A stretch of DNA of 62,579 bases, the filler included, from Rhabdomonas costata (lineage: Eukaryota), in the NCBI GenBank assembly GCA_019059605.1. It is 27 parts of 27 records of this genome, joined end to end, with 100 filler letters (N's around TTAATTAATTAA, not from the genome) between each part and the next. Parts side by side here need not be neighbours in the genome. Positions count along the whole stretch, not along the records: positions 25,544 to 27,766 come from JAHMHO010004746.1; positions 27,867 to 30,088 come from JAHMHO010004747.1; positions 30,189 to 32,410 come from JAHMHO010004748.1; positions 32,511 to 34,732 come from JAHMHO010004749.1; positions 34,833 to 37,054 come from JAHMHO010004750.1; positions 37,155 to 39,376 come from JAHMHO010004751.1; 21 more parts are not named here. One strand, given 5' to 3'. The translations under genes were made by a program, and so were the position numbers. The notes under the pieces are model-generated. The model saw only the letters and a list, made by a program, of their open reading frames with translations, did not search any database and was not told where the DNA came from. The stretch's first letter is position 1. Each line of letters starts with the position of its first letter. Of the stretch, positions 25,444 through 37,185 are shown piece by piece.

Positions 25444-28240
25444 NNNNNNNNNNNNNNNNNNNNNNNNNNNNNNNNNNNNNNNNNNNNTTAATTAATTAAN
25501 NNNNNNNNNNNNNNNNNNNNNNNNNNNNNNNNNNNNNNNNNNNGGTGTGTGGTGTGATGTGTATATTTGTGTGCGATTCTTGTGGCGCAGGGTGTGTGTT
25601 GCGTTTAGTATGTGTGCACTGTATGTGTGCATGATTTTCTGTGTGCGCTTTTGTGTGTTTTTGTGTTGTTAATGTAGTTTTTCTGTTGTTTGATTTTGTG
25701 TTGAATGCGTGCATTGAATTTTTGTATGCTGTATGTACTATTATTTACTGAATTGGTTTTTACACGTGGTAAATGTGGACAAGTGACGAGTTCTGTTGTG
25801 CATATATAAAGTTGTTTACGCGTATCATTTTCTTAGTCAACCGTGACAATCTTATTTATCCATTTGGTGCGTATTTTGTGTGACCTAAAAGCAAATTATT
25901 AGTAGTATTTGCATACACGTTATCGCTAAAATGTTGAAGAGCGTGGATGCGAGTGACTGTACATGAACCCTAGAATGATTTCGTGACATATAAAGAGGCA
26001 TCGAATGCAGTAGCTACGACATAAGTAAACAATAGCATCGCGAGAACATACAAATATTGAGCTGAAGTGCAAATTTTACATAAACAAACATCGCATTTAG
26101 TATGAATATGTTTCTGATGTACAGTTTGGTAATCAGAGCGTGTCTACATGATCATATATGCTGACGTCGTTGAATTGAATTGTTAACCAAGAAGTGGCTT
26201 TGGACCTTGTGGATGATGTACTATTATGTGTGGTAATCATAATGTTGGTATGTCGTTGTTATTTTTATCACGTTTTTGCGATCTGTTGTTACTCAGCAAT
26301 ATCCCAGCACCATGTATACACTATTGCGGTTTGTATAAAACCTACTTAATAACATTTTTTGTCTGTGCGTGTGGTTGGTAGTAGCCTGGTGTCAACGCCA
26401 GTTTGTCTGCGCTGTTTGTAAACAGTATGATCCGAGCTACTATTGTGTTTATGCTGCAATGCTGATGACGATCAAGGAATGACAAAATACCCAATAGATA
26501 CAAACCTGGCTACAGACCTGGACACTCTACGCATATGTATATGCTATAATATAAAAATATATTTGGCATACATTCAGAAGTGAACTTTTTTTTAGGAAAC
26601 ATGCGCATTGCATACCAACACCCTGCGAGATGAAATATCCTGATCTATGTGGAATGTGTGTTGAAATATAAACGCTCCAACTTTGCTTGTGCGTTTGTGC
26701 ATTCTATTTTTGCTTGTATTGCTTCTGTGTGAAATGTGTAAGCAAACGCCTTGGTAGATGCAAGATATCCTAAACCGCACCTCCACGCTATCAAAAGGGT
26801 GTTTAAATCAGAGATCAATTCCAGCAGAAGCACCCAGCGCTAAACTCATCATGGGAATAATGTCGTGTGAAGAGAAGCTTTTTCAGCTTCCTTTATATGG
26901 GGCCGATTTGCAACTGGAGGAACCCAGGGTTTTGCATTCTTGCTATCATGTGGAAGTCTCTGTTCTCTAGATTTGCCTCTGCCTCTGAGTGAAATGCAAA
27001 TTGGTATTATAAATTTGACGCTTTACTAGTTCGAATCCCGAAAATATGAAGAATTGGAAGTCAACACCATAGCGTATAGTCAGTGCTGGCCGCTTCGCGT
27101 ACAGTCGACCATTTCATTTCGACTGGAACCGGGTGTAACCGTGCTTGAATATCCTTGATTATGATGTCTGTTGAGTGTCACTGGTAAAATGGGAATAAAC
27201 AGGCTGAAAGAGTCTCCGGGTATGCCAAGGGCTTTGCGGAAAACGGTAGTCACAGAGTCTTTAAAATCTTTCATGTGCGAACACTTTTCTTTTGCGGTGC
27301 CCTAGCCGACCCATCAACACTGCACCTAGGAGTTTCCAAAGAACAGTTTGCATTTGTGTGCTTTCGGCTCGAGAACTTTTCATTCAAGGTTTTCATCATT
27401 TGTGTGAACGCCCCGAAACAGTCCATACACAGAAACGCTTTGATAACATAGAGCATTGCCAAGCTCGTCATTTTCATATTAAGGCAAGGAGCCGCGGGTT
27501 TCAACAGGAATCGTTTAGATCATCCGTGACAGCTTTGGTAAGGTTGGCAATGTTGCGGAGAAGGGGCGGCCACGGCGGCCGAAACCTGTCGCACACCATT
27601 TCCAGATCGCGCGGGACATTCGCTTTCCCCATTTTTGCCATCACAACTAACTCTCTTCCAGCCTTGTGGTTTCTTTGTTCGCCCCCGCGCCTTTGTTGAA
27701 ATTTTTTTGGGGAAGTTCCTCCTTTAGAATCTGCTTCCTCGAACCCCTTTGCTGGCCCCCAAAACCNNNNNNNNNNNNNNNNNNNNNNNNNNNNNNNNNN
27801 NNNNNNNNNNTTAATTAATTAANNNNNNNNNNNNNNNNNNNNNNNNNNNNNNNNNNNNNNNNNNNNGTTTTTGTGTGAGGGCCGCCGACGGCCACCAATG
27901 ACTCATACGGCACGATCATAAGTGGCCGTCGGCGGCCCTCATTACAAAATCGCTGTGTTGAACAAAATCGTGTGTGTTTAGCCCAAGGCACGTTGGCCAC
28001 AGTGAAGATGATGCCTGATCATCTGGCCATCCCGTCTTCTGCGATGGTGAGCTGTGTATGTGCCCAAAGTCCGCTGGTAGGTGTGTTGCGTTCGGTTCGA
28101 GCGAACAATAGCTCACAAAAAGAAAAAGGTCAAGAATACGACAAATACACATAATGGCAAAAATGAATGAAATTCCGGTGGGTTGCTTCTGGAAAATTCT
28201 TCCCTCTCTTCATGACGCATGACGAAGGGGCGCTTGAGAC

Positions 28241-29784
28241 CTGCATTGAACGCAGACGCCGGCACGGAGGGCCGGATGCATGGAGGTGGCACCACCATGT
28301 GGGACACGATCAAGTCCCGGGGGTGGGAAAGCGACGGCTTCATGTCCAGCAGCTCGATATCCTCGAGGGGGATGCGGTTGAACAGCTGCAAGCACTCCTG
28401 CGCAAGCGATGCGGGATGACGAAACAACGAGCAAACAGAGCAAGTTTTTTTTACGGCAGACACAGCGGGTACACAGAGAACCCCGCCGTGTGACGCACCC
28501 AAGATATCCAACTTGACCCGATTTTCCACTTTTTCCCAATCGCATTATTTCGGCAACGCGCGGAGCAACAGGAGACAAAGCGCAGCTGGAAGTGACTTTC
28601 AACCACCGCAAGCAGAACAATTACCAAACGCGGGCTCGCGCCCATGCTATTCCTTTTGGATCGCCTAAGAACACAATCTGGAGCGGCAGATGCCCTGCGC
28701 ATGCCAATGGAGTAAGGTCATGCTGAGCCTTGTGGATGTGCGGGCGAAGCTCAGGGTTGGCCTCCAGGGGGTTGGTTAGCTGGGCGTCAAAGGTTTCCTT
28801 GAGCTCCTCGTTCTTCGAAAGCTGCGTCAGACCCCATCCCCAATGAATCACTTCCGATGAAAAAAAAAAGGAGCCTGAGCCCACTTTAAACTCATCACCA
28901 AAGTCAACACCGGAACCTCGCGTGAAAGTACGCTACGGCCCTTGCAAGAGAAAAGCGTTATAGAATCTCGTCGTCTGAATTGCCGAATTCCATGAATGAT
29001 TAATTTTTAATACTCAGATTTCAAGAAGAATATTCTAAATAGATCAAAAACGAGAACGCACACACCGAGCGCTCATGGCAGTCATTAACCAGCGGTTATA
29101 AACAGTGGGGGCTCAACAATCTTGTTGTGATAAATGCAGCCTATACCATTGAAGTTTCACCAAATTACGCCCGCACATACGCTACTTCCTCTGCTCTATT
29201 ATAGAAACGACGAATTCTCAGCACATATCTCAGTCAGAAGCCACGTACAAACGGACCCCCCCCCTGGCCCATTCTGCACACGATTACCAGGGATGTTCTA
29301 ACGGTTCGAGGTTTGACTTATGAATGAATTCAACTGAACGTAATCCTTTTTTCGACGGTGACCCGGATTCCAGACACTTTGCTGACCAAACATCCGACAT
29401 CTGACATCCGTCCGAAGAGAGTGTTTCAAGGGGAAAACCTTTCACAAGTTGGCCGGGAGTGCTGCGCCTCACCCATGTTGGGAGACTTTCTATCTAGTAA
29501 CACGCGCATCGCCCTCCCTAAAGGGAGTCCACAGCCCACCCTCCAGCATCCCAAGGTCTTGCACCCTACCCAGGACAAATGCCACTTCTTTGGCCCCTTC
29601 GCAGACAACAAAAAACAAGAGCGAGAAGCGAACGCCATATGCCTTGTAGCGTTCATGGCAGAGCCTGAGGTGAGGGAGCTTCCGGACATTGCCGTTGACC
29701 GCCCTGCACCACGGGCAGGTCACAACCTTCTTGCACTCCGCCTCAACCTTCTTCCCAATCGCAGCCCGGGCTGTTGAGTGCAGC
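28241..29784 (-). CDS. RPC1: RNA polymerase III largest subunit, N-terminal clamp region (3 exons)
   Basis: Exons 29784-29643, 28821-28705 and 28397-28241 give [85 protein letters not shown], colinear with RPC1/POLR3A. Both introns are GC-AG. Confidence 0.92.
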
Positions 29785-31245
29785 CTGGGTTAGGGGCAGC
29801 GTGATGGAGGATATTAGGACAATGTTTTTAACTGATGCTGAGGATGAGGAAAATTATTGTCTTTAAAAAGCTATAGCGATTCACTTATGCTGGAAAGTAC
29901 TGAAGCGGAAAGACACCACCATTACACAATTCTAATTCGCATCGTTTTTCGTCAAGTATCCCACCTTTTTGAGGCATAAGGAGGACAAGCCAACACACAA
30001 TAAACGAATTAACGGGTTTGAGTCTAATTTAAAGTACCCGGCACCAATCTATTTGCCCCCACCCCGGGCCAACAATGCCCCCCCAACANNNNNNNNNNNN
30101 NNNNNNNNNNNNNNNNNNNNNNNNNNNNNNNNTTAATTAATTAANNNNNNNNNNNNNNNNNNNNNNNNNNNNNNNNNNNNNNNNNNNNTGTGGTGGGTCC
30201 TCTATTGTTCTTTGCTTGAACTTCCTTACTCATCTCCTTTGTACGATAACACTGCATCGGCGCCTGCACCGTCAAAGCAATTAGCACTCGAGTGGTGCCA
30301 CAGAAGCGCAAGGGCCCTCAACCCTTCTGCCGCAGCTGCCGAGGCCTTCTCCAAACAGCTCGGCACAGCCAGCACCACAGCGCGTACGCGTACTGCACCA
30401 AGGGGTTGGCCACCACAAGAGCACGGTAGGCAGAACGCACCAGGCGCACCACGTGGGAAGGCTGCACAACAAGGTATAAGAAACCTGTATGTCAATGGGT
30501 TGGTCACCACAAGACATTATGTCCCAATGCGCCAATTCATTAATAAGCATCGTGTCAACGAGATGAGTAAGGAAGTTCAAGCAAAGAACAATAGAGGACC
30601 CAGAGCAACAGCTCTGACATCTACAAAGTGAAGCGCAGGCTCACAGAGAGAGTTCCCTCACACAACACGCAAGAAAGCATGGTAAACATGGAAAGGGAAA
30701 AATAATATAACTTATATGTAATTAGAATAGAATACATTACACACATCACAATGCAGTCCGGCGGTTCTGGTCTTTGTGTGTATTCTTCTTTGAATCAGTG
30801 ACAGTTGTGTCTGTTTGAGTATTTCTTCTGCCTCTTTCTCCGAGATTTGCTCTTCTGCCCGCAATGAAAAAAAAGGAGGTCGGGCTTTGCCTGCTCCTCG
30901 TTTTTGTTTACTTCGGGCTCCAATCACAACGACCACTGGTCCGTGCTGGCTCGTGCCGCCGCAGAGCTGTGACTTTTTAATCTGTTCTGGGCTCCGCACA
31001 AGACGCAAGACAGTTTACAAAACAAAAGCCAAAGGGCAAAGACAACGGGCAAAGCCGTCCCCAAAGTGTCGATCACCCTTCCAAATCACTGGGCTTGCTA
31101 ATGGCTTATACGAATGAAGCCATGGTTGCAATGCAAAAAAAAGAGCAGCAGCTGTGTATGCTTGTGAACCTTGGTAATCCGTGAAAACGAAATGAGAGCA
31201 GGGAGCTCCATGCCGTTTTCTCCCGCCTGGGTTGCCCTGACTCAC

Positions 31246-31360
31246 TCGTCGGTGAGGCCTCTGCAGAGGAGGGTTCCGGGGGCATCTCCCGCAGCTTTGC
31301 GAACATGTTGTTGAAGCGTCGCTTGTCCTTCTGGTCCTGCTCGCGAATCTTCTGCGTCAG
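31246..31360 (-). CDS. C-terminal helix exon of a TPR-containing immunophilin (FKBP62/FKBP4/Cyp40-like)
   Basis: CACAG|LTQKIREQDQKDKRRFNNMFAKLREMPPEPSS. The KxxY/FxNMFxKL motif follows the TPR in large FKBPs. A GTGAGT donor follows. Confidence 0.6.
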
Positions 31361-32842
31361 CTGTGGAGAAAAGGGAGAGAAACGGCGGAGGCAGGGAAAT
31401 CAAAAGGCAGGAAGGCGCCCAGATTCCAGAGCAAAGCCCCTCCATACGGCAGCATGACAAAGGGGGACAAGTGTGCATTAAAGGGAGCAGACGGCTCAAG
31501 ACATTCATAGGACGGGAACGGGAGGGGGAGGGGGGAAGAGTGAACGCGTTCCCCGTGGTTTGGTTTCTTTTTCGCCGTCAGACCCCAGAGAAAGGTAACT
31601 CGATGAGGGTGGACAACAGCTGGCATACTCCCACGTACATGGCAGACTGTTGCTGCCATGGGAGTGAATGAACCGTATTGAATTACAGCTGAAAGCGATG
31701 CTATGTGATGTTGTCTCAAAAAATGGAATCTTACTTTCTCAGTTTTGTGGCTAGCGGTCGCTTGAACGCCTACCAAGAAACTGGAGTACTTGAAGTTAAT
31801 CAGAACCCAGGTGTACTCGAGTTACGCAGTGTAGCGGTAGAACACCGTGGAACACCGTTATACGGCATGGGGGTGCATGCAAAAACGTTTTTCTGCCATT
31901 CCGTTGTCTTTCATTTTGCTCAATATTGTGGTTCATTCCTTGCAGGGCTTTAGCCAACAAAAAGGACAGGATTAGTTTCGGGGCGGAAGCCAGCCACGGC
32001 GGCTGATGCGGGGACGTTGCCTGGGGTAGATTTCAACACTACGTGGCGATACACGTCAAACCGAAGCATGTACACCAGTGTCTAGGTGGGCCGGGGCCCT
32101 GCGGTTTGGTTTCGCCTGTCATCGTGTATCACCGTCATATCGTGTAACCCCGTTGTGTCTGTGTAACGTCGATATACCGTATCTTAACCCGTTGCAGTTT
32201 AGAACGCCCCCCTCCAAAAAAAAACCAGGAAAAACAACAAGCGCAGCATGAGAGAAGCGACCAGCACGCAGTATAATGGAGGAGGGGCGGGGAAGGGGAA
32301 GGGGGAAGAGGCAGCATGCGTTCCTTGGCAAGCTCCCTGCGTGCGTTCGGAAGTGGGGCCCAGAGTAACGACTACGGCAAGCAGATGCTGTGCGACGCCA
32401 CCAAACCAACNNNNNNNNNNNNNNNNNNNNNNNNNNNNNNNNNNNNNNNNNNNNTTAATTAATTAANNNNNNNNNNNNNNNNNNNNNNNNNNNNNNNNNN
32501 NNNNNNNNNNTTGTTTTTTGATTGCCCTTTCCACAGAAAAATCATCAATCAAAAAATCATCAAATCATTAAACGCAGTGCAGATAATGCCCTGCAGGGCA
32601 TGTTCCGGATGTGCATGCGAAGGTGGGTGTTTTGATATGGGTTTGCATTTAAAGATAATTTGTGGCTACCCTTGGCTCCAACAAAAACCCTTTCCCTGAC
32701 TCACATACATGCTCATCCCGCGTCTCGAGTTGGCTATGAATTGGAATTATTGTACACGCGAAAACTTCAGCTTACCCTTTGCAGCGGCACGCACCACCCT
32801 TGGTGCGCTATTTTCTGTGGTCATGAACGGTTCTTCTCTCAG

Positions 32843-34535
32843 GGGACATCGACGCGGACGGCCGGCTGCACGTGGACATCGACGTGGGCCCCACCCCCAC
32901 CGACCCCACCGCTGGTGCGGTGGCAGGCGCGGGGGGCAGTGTCTCAGCAACCCGACAGACCCATGCGTCGCAGTCTTCCCTCGCCGACTCGGGGCCTGGG
33001 CCCTCGTGGGTTCGCCTGAGTGCCTTTCGTGGGCGTGGGGAGGGGTAGAGGAGCGGGTAGAGGAGCTCTCACATCTGCTTCTGCTCGGACTGGTGCAACC
33101 AACTCACTTCCAGCTGCTGCTCTTTGGGCAATAGGAGGGAAGGGCGTGAGTGATGGTGGTAAGAAATGGAGAGCGATCTTTGAGCAATGGCTGCCTTTCT
33201 CAAGCTGTCGATGGGAGGTGGGTGGGGTGCCCTCTGCATGCCCTGCCCAAGTCTTCATTGTGTGCTTGACCGACCCACTTGTGAAAATAGGGTGGGGTGG
33301 GGAACTGCTTGTGCGTGACTGTTCTGCTGTCCTCACCTTGGTTTGGTGTAATAGAAGGGCGCGTGCTATCCCAGATTGTGTACACTCCCTGCCTGCGTGC
33401 GTGCCTGCCTACCGCTCATCTTGTACTCTGTGTTGAAAGCAGCCCCCTATGGTGCCTTTCGTTCACCTCCTCAAAATGGCTGGAAGAAGACTCCCCGATG
33501 TCTCCCTGGCTTTTGAAGGAGCTTTTCCGAAGGCCCTAACGCAACAAAAACTGCCCTGCTGCAGCATTCTCCCATGTTACCATGTCGGTCGCGATGCTTC
33601 AAAAAGAGATCTGGAGAAGTTGAAGTGAAGATAAACGACCAAACCAATTTTACTCCTTCCCTGAACAAAAACGATGCCTGATGGGGGCGCGCGTGGCAAA
33701 TTTTACTGAAGCTGCGGTTTGAAGGGAAAGTCCCGCCATGTCGATGCCACAAGTAAGGATGGGGCTCCCCATATCAAAAAACAACACGACGAAAAGCAAA
33801 GCCAGAGCCCATGCCAGCAACCAAAAACATTGCGAATGATTTGGACGCGCGTTCTGAACTCTTCTGATTGAGTTCGGAAAGTTTGATTGTTCCGGGATGT
33901 GAACGTTTGTGTGTTTATGCCAGTAATCTGGTTTCCTTCTTGCTTCGAGTGAACAACCACCCATGGGCATTGTGGTCATTCTCCTTGGCAAATCATTTGC
34001 TCAGGCAAATTGGAGAAGCAAGCCTTTCTAACTGATGACTGACCCGGAGGGGTTGAGTGGAGCCGCCCTCCGTCGCATTCCCGTACTCCAGGCCTTTCCC
34101 AACCCCTGATTGTCGTGCCTGCGTTCTCTTCAGTTGGAATTCTTTTTCCTTTGGGATTCTCCGTTTCGTTCTTTTCTCGTCTCTTCCCGGTCCTCTGTAC
34201 TATCCTCATCTCATCTCTCCTCTCTTCTCCTTTTCCACTTTCTGACCAACCTCGACCCCAGTCGGACTCTCTCGGGACGTTCTTTAACCCGTGAGAGCCT
34301 GCCGCTTCCTACCAATGTCGACGCAGCCGTCGCCCCCGGTCGCTCCCCAAGGTCCCCGCCTGGCTGACCTGTTTCAGCCCCGGCCGGACGCCATCCCGGT
34401 GATTGACCCGGATTTGAAGCTCCATGGCCGGGTCTGGGTGCCCCATACCATGGTGGCCAACACCAGCGGGGTGGAGCGCTACCGCGCGGCACACCCCTAT
34501 CCCCCCTCGCTGTGCATCCTGTTCCAGAGCGGAAA
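32843..34535 (+). CDS. Hypothetical protein, several candidate exons
   Basis: Candidate exons 32843-~33005 (GDIDADGRLHVDIDVGPTP..) and 34378-~34535 (PRPDAIPVIDPDLKLHGRVWVPHTMVANTSGVERYRAAHPYP) have YAG acceptors and coding-like GC3. Joins are unresolved. Confidence 0.35.
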
Positions 34536-34999
34536 GTACGCCTCTATCTCAGGGAAGAGGGGGAGGGGAGCGTCTTGTATTTTTTGGCTGAGTTTCCGTG
34601 TTTCCGTGCTGCTTCGGCAGCCTCTTGTGAAGTGTTGCGTGTGGAAAAGCCAGGTCGACCGGTGGCTATGCGACAGTAGGTAACAACGTTAATGGGCGCT
34701 TAGGGCGTGGGCTTGGGCCGAAGCACGAATACNNNNNNNNNNNNNNNNNNNNNNNNNNNNNNNNNNNNNNNNNNNNTTAATTAATTAANNNNNNNNNNNN
34801 NNNNNNNNNNNNNNNNNNNNNNNNNNNNNNNNGTGGTTTTTTTTAGTTGGGGCTTTTTTCCATTGTGTCTTCACCAACATTTTGTCGCTGAGTTCTTCCC
34901 AGTCTGGAAACTGAATAATCGACTATCTCTCTGACCAGAGAAAACGTGTAATTTTGAGTGTCTGCCCTGTGTGGTGCTTTGTGTATTTGCTCACCACAG

Positions 35000-36341
35000 C
35001 TACGACACTGACGGAGATGGCGTGCTGAGCTTGCAGCAGTTCGAGGGCGCCATGAGGGACCTGGGGCTGTTCGAGAGCGAGGCAGTGGCGCTGTACTTGC
35101 ATTGCGACGAGGACAGCTCTGGAAAGGTGCTCGGGGGCTCCCTTGGAATTGGTTTGCAGTTTTGAGGTCGCGGTAAATCACTCAGTCGTGGTTTGTTTGG
35201 GGTGCCAGAAGTGAAACACAACTGGCGGCAACTGGCAAGCGATCTCATGATTCACACATCTATCGCTATCACGCAGGCTTCGTGTGTTTGTGTGTGTGGC
35301 ATACTTGTTGAATGCCCAAAAACGAGAAAATCGGTGGTCTGGATGACGCAGAAGCTAAATAAGACACAAGAAGAAATCCACCACAACCCCATATGAGAGC
35401 GTGGGGAATGCGCCACGGTGCCAGCCACTCCTGTGTTCAGAAGAAGCCGGGTTGACATTCCAGGCAGAAAAGGAGGAAGTCGACGAGCTACCGAAACTAC
35501 CGAAAGAAAGAAAGAAGAGTCAGATCAAGGGATGGGCGGGAAAACAAAATATCGAGGAGCACCTCGAGCCAAGAAACAGCGAGGGCTGAAGAGATCTGCT
35601 TAAACCACACAGATCAGCATAGATGGATTCAGAACGGTCCACAAGTCCCGTGCCGTGGCCTCGAGTGCTTGGGACGGCGCCACGATTGGAGCTCGCCATG
35701 GTCAGTAGGACATGACCTGAGGATCGCAGACATGAGAAGATTGAACTTGAGCAGCAAGCGCAGAGTGGGCCAGCCCAGAGTATTGCAGCTTCCCAGAACC
35801 GTGATTTAATGCCCCATTGCGGCTTACCAAAAACATCTGCCCAGCAGAAAAGATGCCGTTGTATTGGGGTGTGCGTCAGGTTCAGCTGGCGAATTTCATG
35901 AAGCACTTCCACATCCGGGATTACGTCGACGTGGAGGCGGAGGAAATCCAGGCGCTCATCCGCAAGATTGCAGACGGGGTGCACAACTGGTCTGGAGGTA
36001 TCAACTTCCCCATTTTTCACTCCACTCTCTCCTGGGTGTTTTGGGGGGTAGCCAATTCACCCCGCGTGCGGATTGCAAATTAGGTGGTAGGTAGTTATTC
36101 TGAAATGAGTTGGTCGGAGGATTTCCATCGTAGTTGTTGATTGCAGCATCATAAGCTCCCGACCCCCCTCCCCCGCCCTCAACTGCAGGAAACGTGGAGC
36201 CGGTGTTCCAGCAGTTTGACGCGGAGCGGCGGGGCACGTTGGATCTGTTCGCCTTCACGGAAGTCATCAACCACATCTGCGGGCGGGACATCCCCAGCCT
36301 GGAGATCGAGGCCGTGTTCAGCCACTTCGCAGGCGACGAAG
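35000..36341 (+). CDS. Multi-EF-hand calcium-binding protein (3 exons)
   Basis: Exons 35000-35126, 35880-35997 and 36189-36341 are in phase and GT-AG. EF loops: YDTDGDGVLSLQQF, CDEDSSGKVQLANF, FDAERRGTLDLFAF. Confidence 0.85.
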
Positions 36342-37185
36342 GTAAGAACCCCTGCGCCTGTACTCGCTTCCTCCTCATATTTTTAATAGCCCGTGTGTCG
36401 CTCTTCCCACAAACACACAGTCTTTCCTTCAGCCACAGCGAACAGCGCACATGCTGCTTCTGTGTTCAGGGCTACTTCTTCCATGTAGAGCTTCTTGTGC
36501 TGCCGTCTTTCTTCCTCTTTGTGTGTCGTTGCTGATCTCCGCCGCTGCGCTGTTGTTCCATTTCCTGCCCCTCGTGCTCTTCTCGTTCTCGACCCATTCT
36601 CCGACTCTGCCCTTTTCCATAAATCGCGAATGCCCTGTCAAAGGGCTTATTTTTTCGCCTTACCACTTCTCCGACCTCGCATGTGGGCCGTTTTTTTTTG
36701 CATTCCACTCTGTTCTCCCATTGCTTTTTTGTAGGTTTCCTTCGGAAACGTTTGTTATCTCCCCGCACCGCACGAGAGAAGAGACAGCGAGTGGCCATGT
36801 CTGTGGATGGTGGGAGGGCGTGACCTCCAGCACCGCGCGAGAGAAGAGACAGCGCGTTAACACGACTCAGGAGGGAAGGTCTCAAAGTTTTACAGGTGTC
36901 CTCCTAACTCGGGGGGGCCCACACAGCTTGGGGCGTGGAGGCGCCGAAACGGCCAGGGGTGGGGAGTGGCACCAAACAAAAAGTGGAAGAAAACACTGTG
37001 CTGCGGAAAGAGTCCAAAACATCAGTTTGTAGTGGTTGTGCCGAACCCAAACCCNNNNNNNNNNNNNNNNNNNNNNNNNNNNNNNNNNNNNNNNNNNNTT
37101 AATTAATTAANNNNNNNNNNNNNNNNNNNNNNNNNNNNNNNNNNNNNNNNNNNNGTGTGGGGGTGGGCGATAGCCTCTAAATTAG

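Noticed and set aside
29801-29841. GTGATGG...CTGA, a possible intronic C/D snoRNA
   Set aside because: The C box is imperfect, the span is too short, and no terminal stem or guide was identified.
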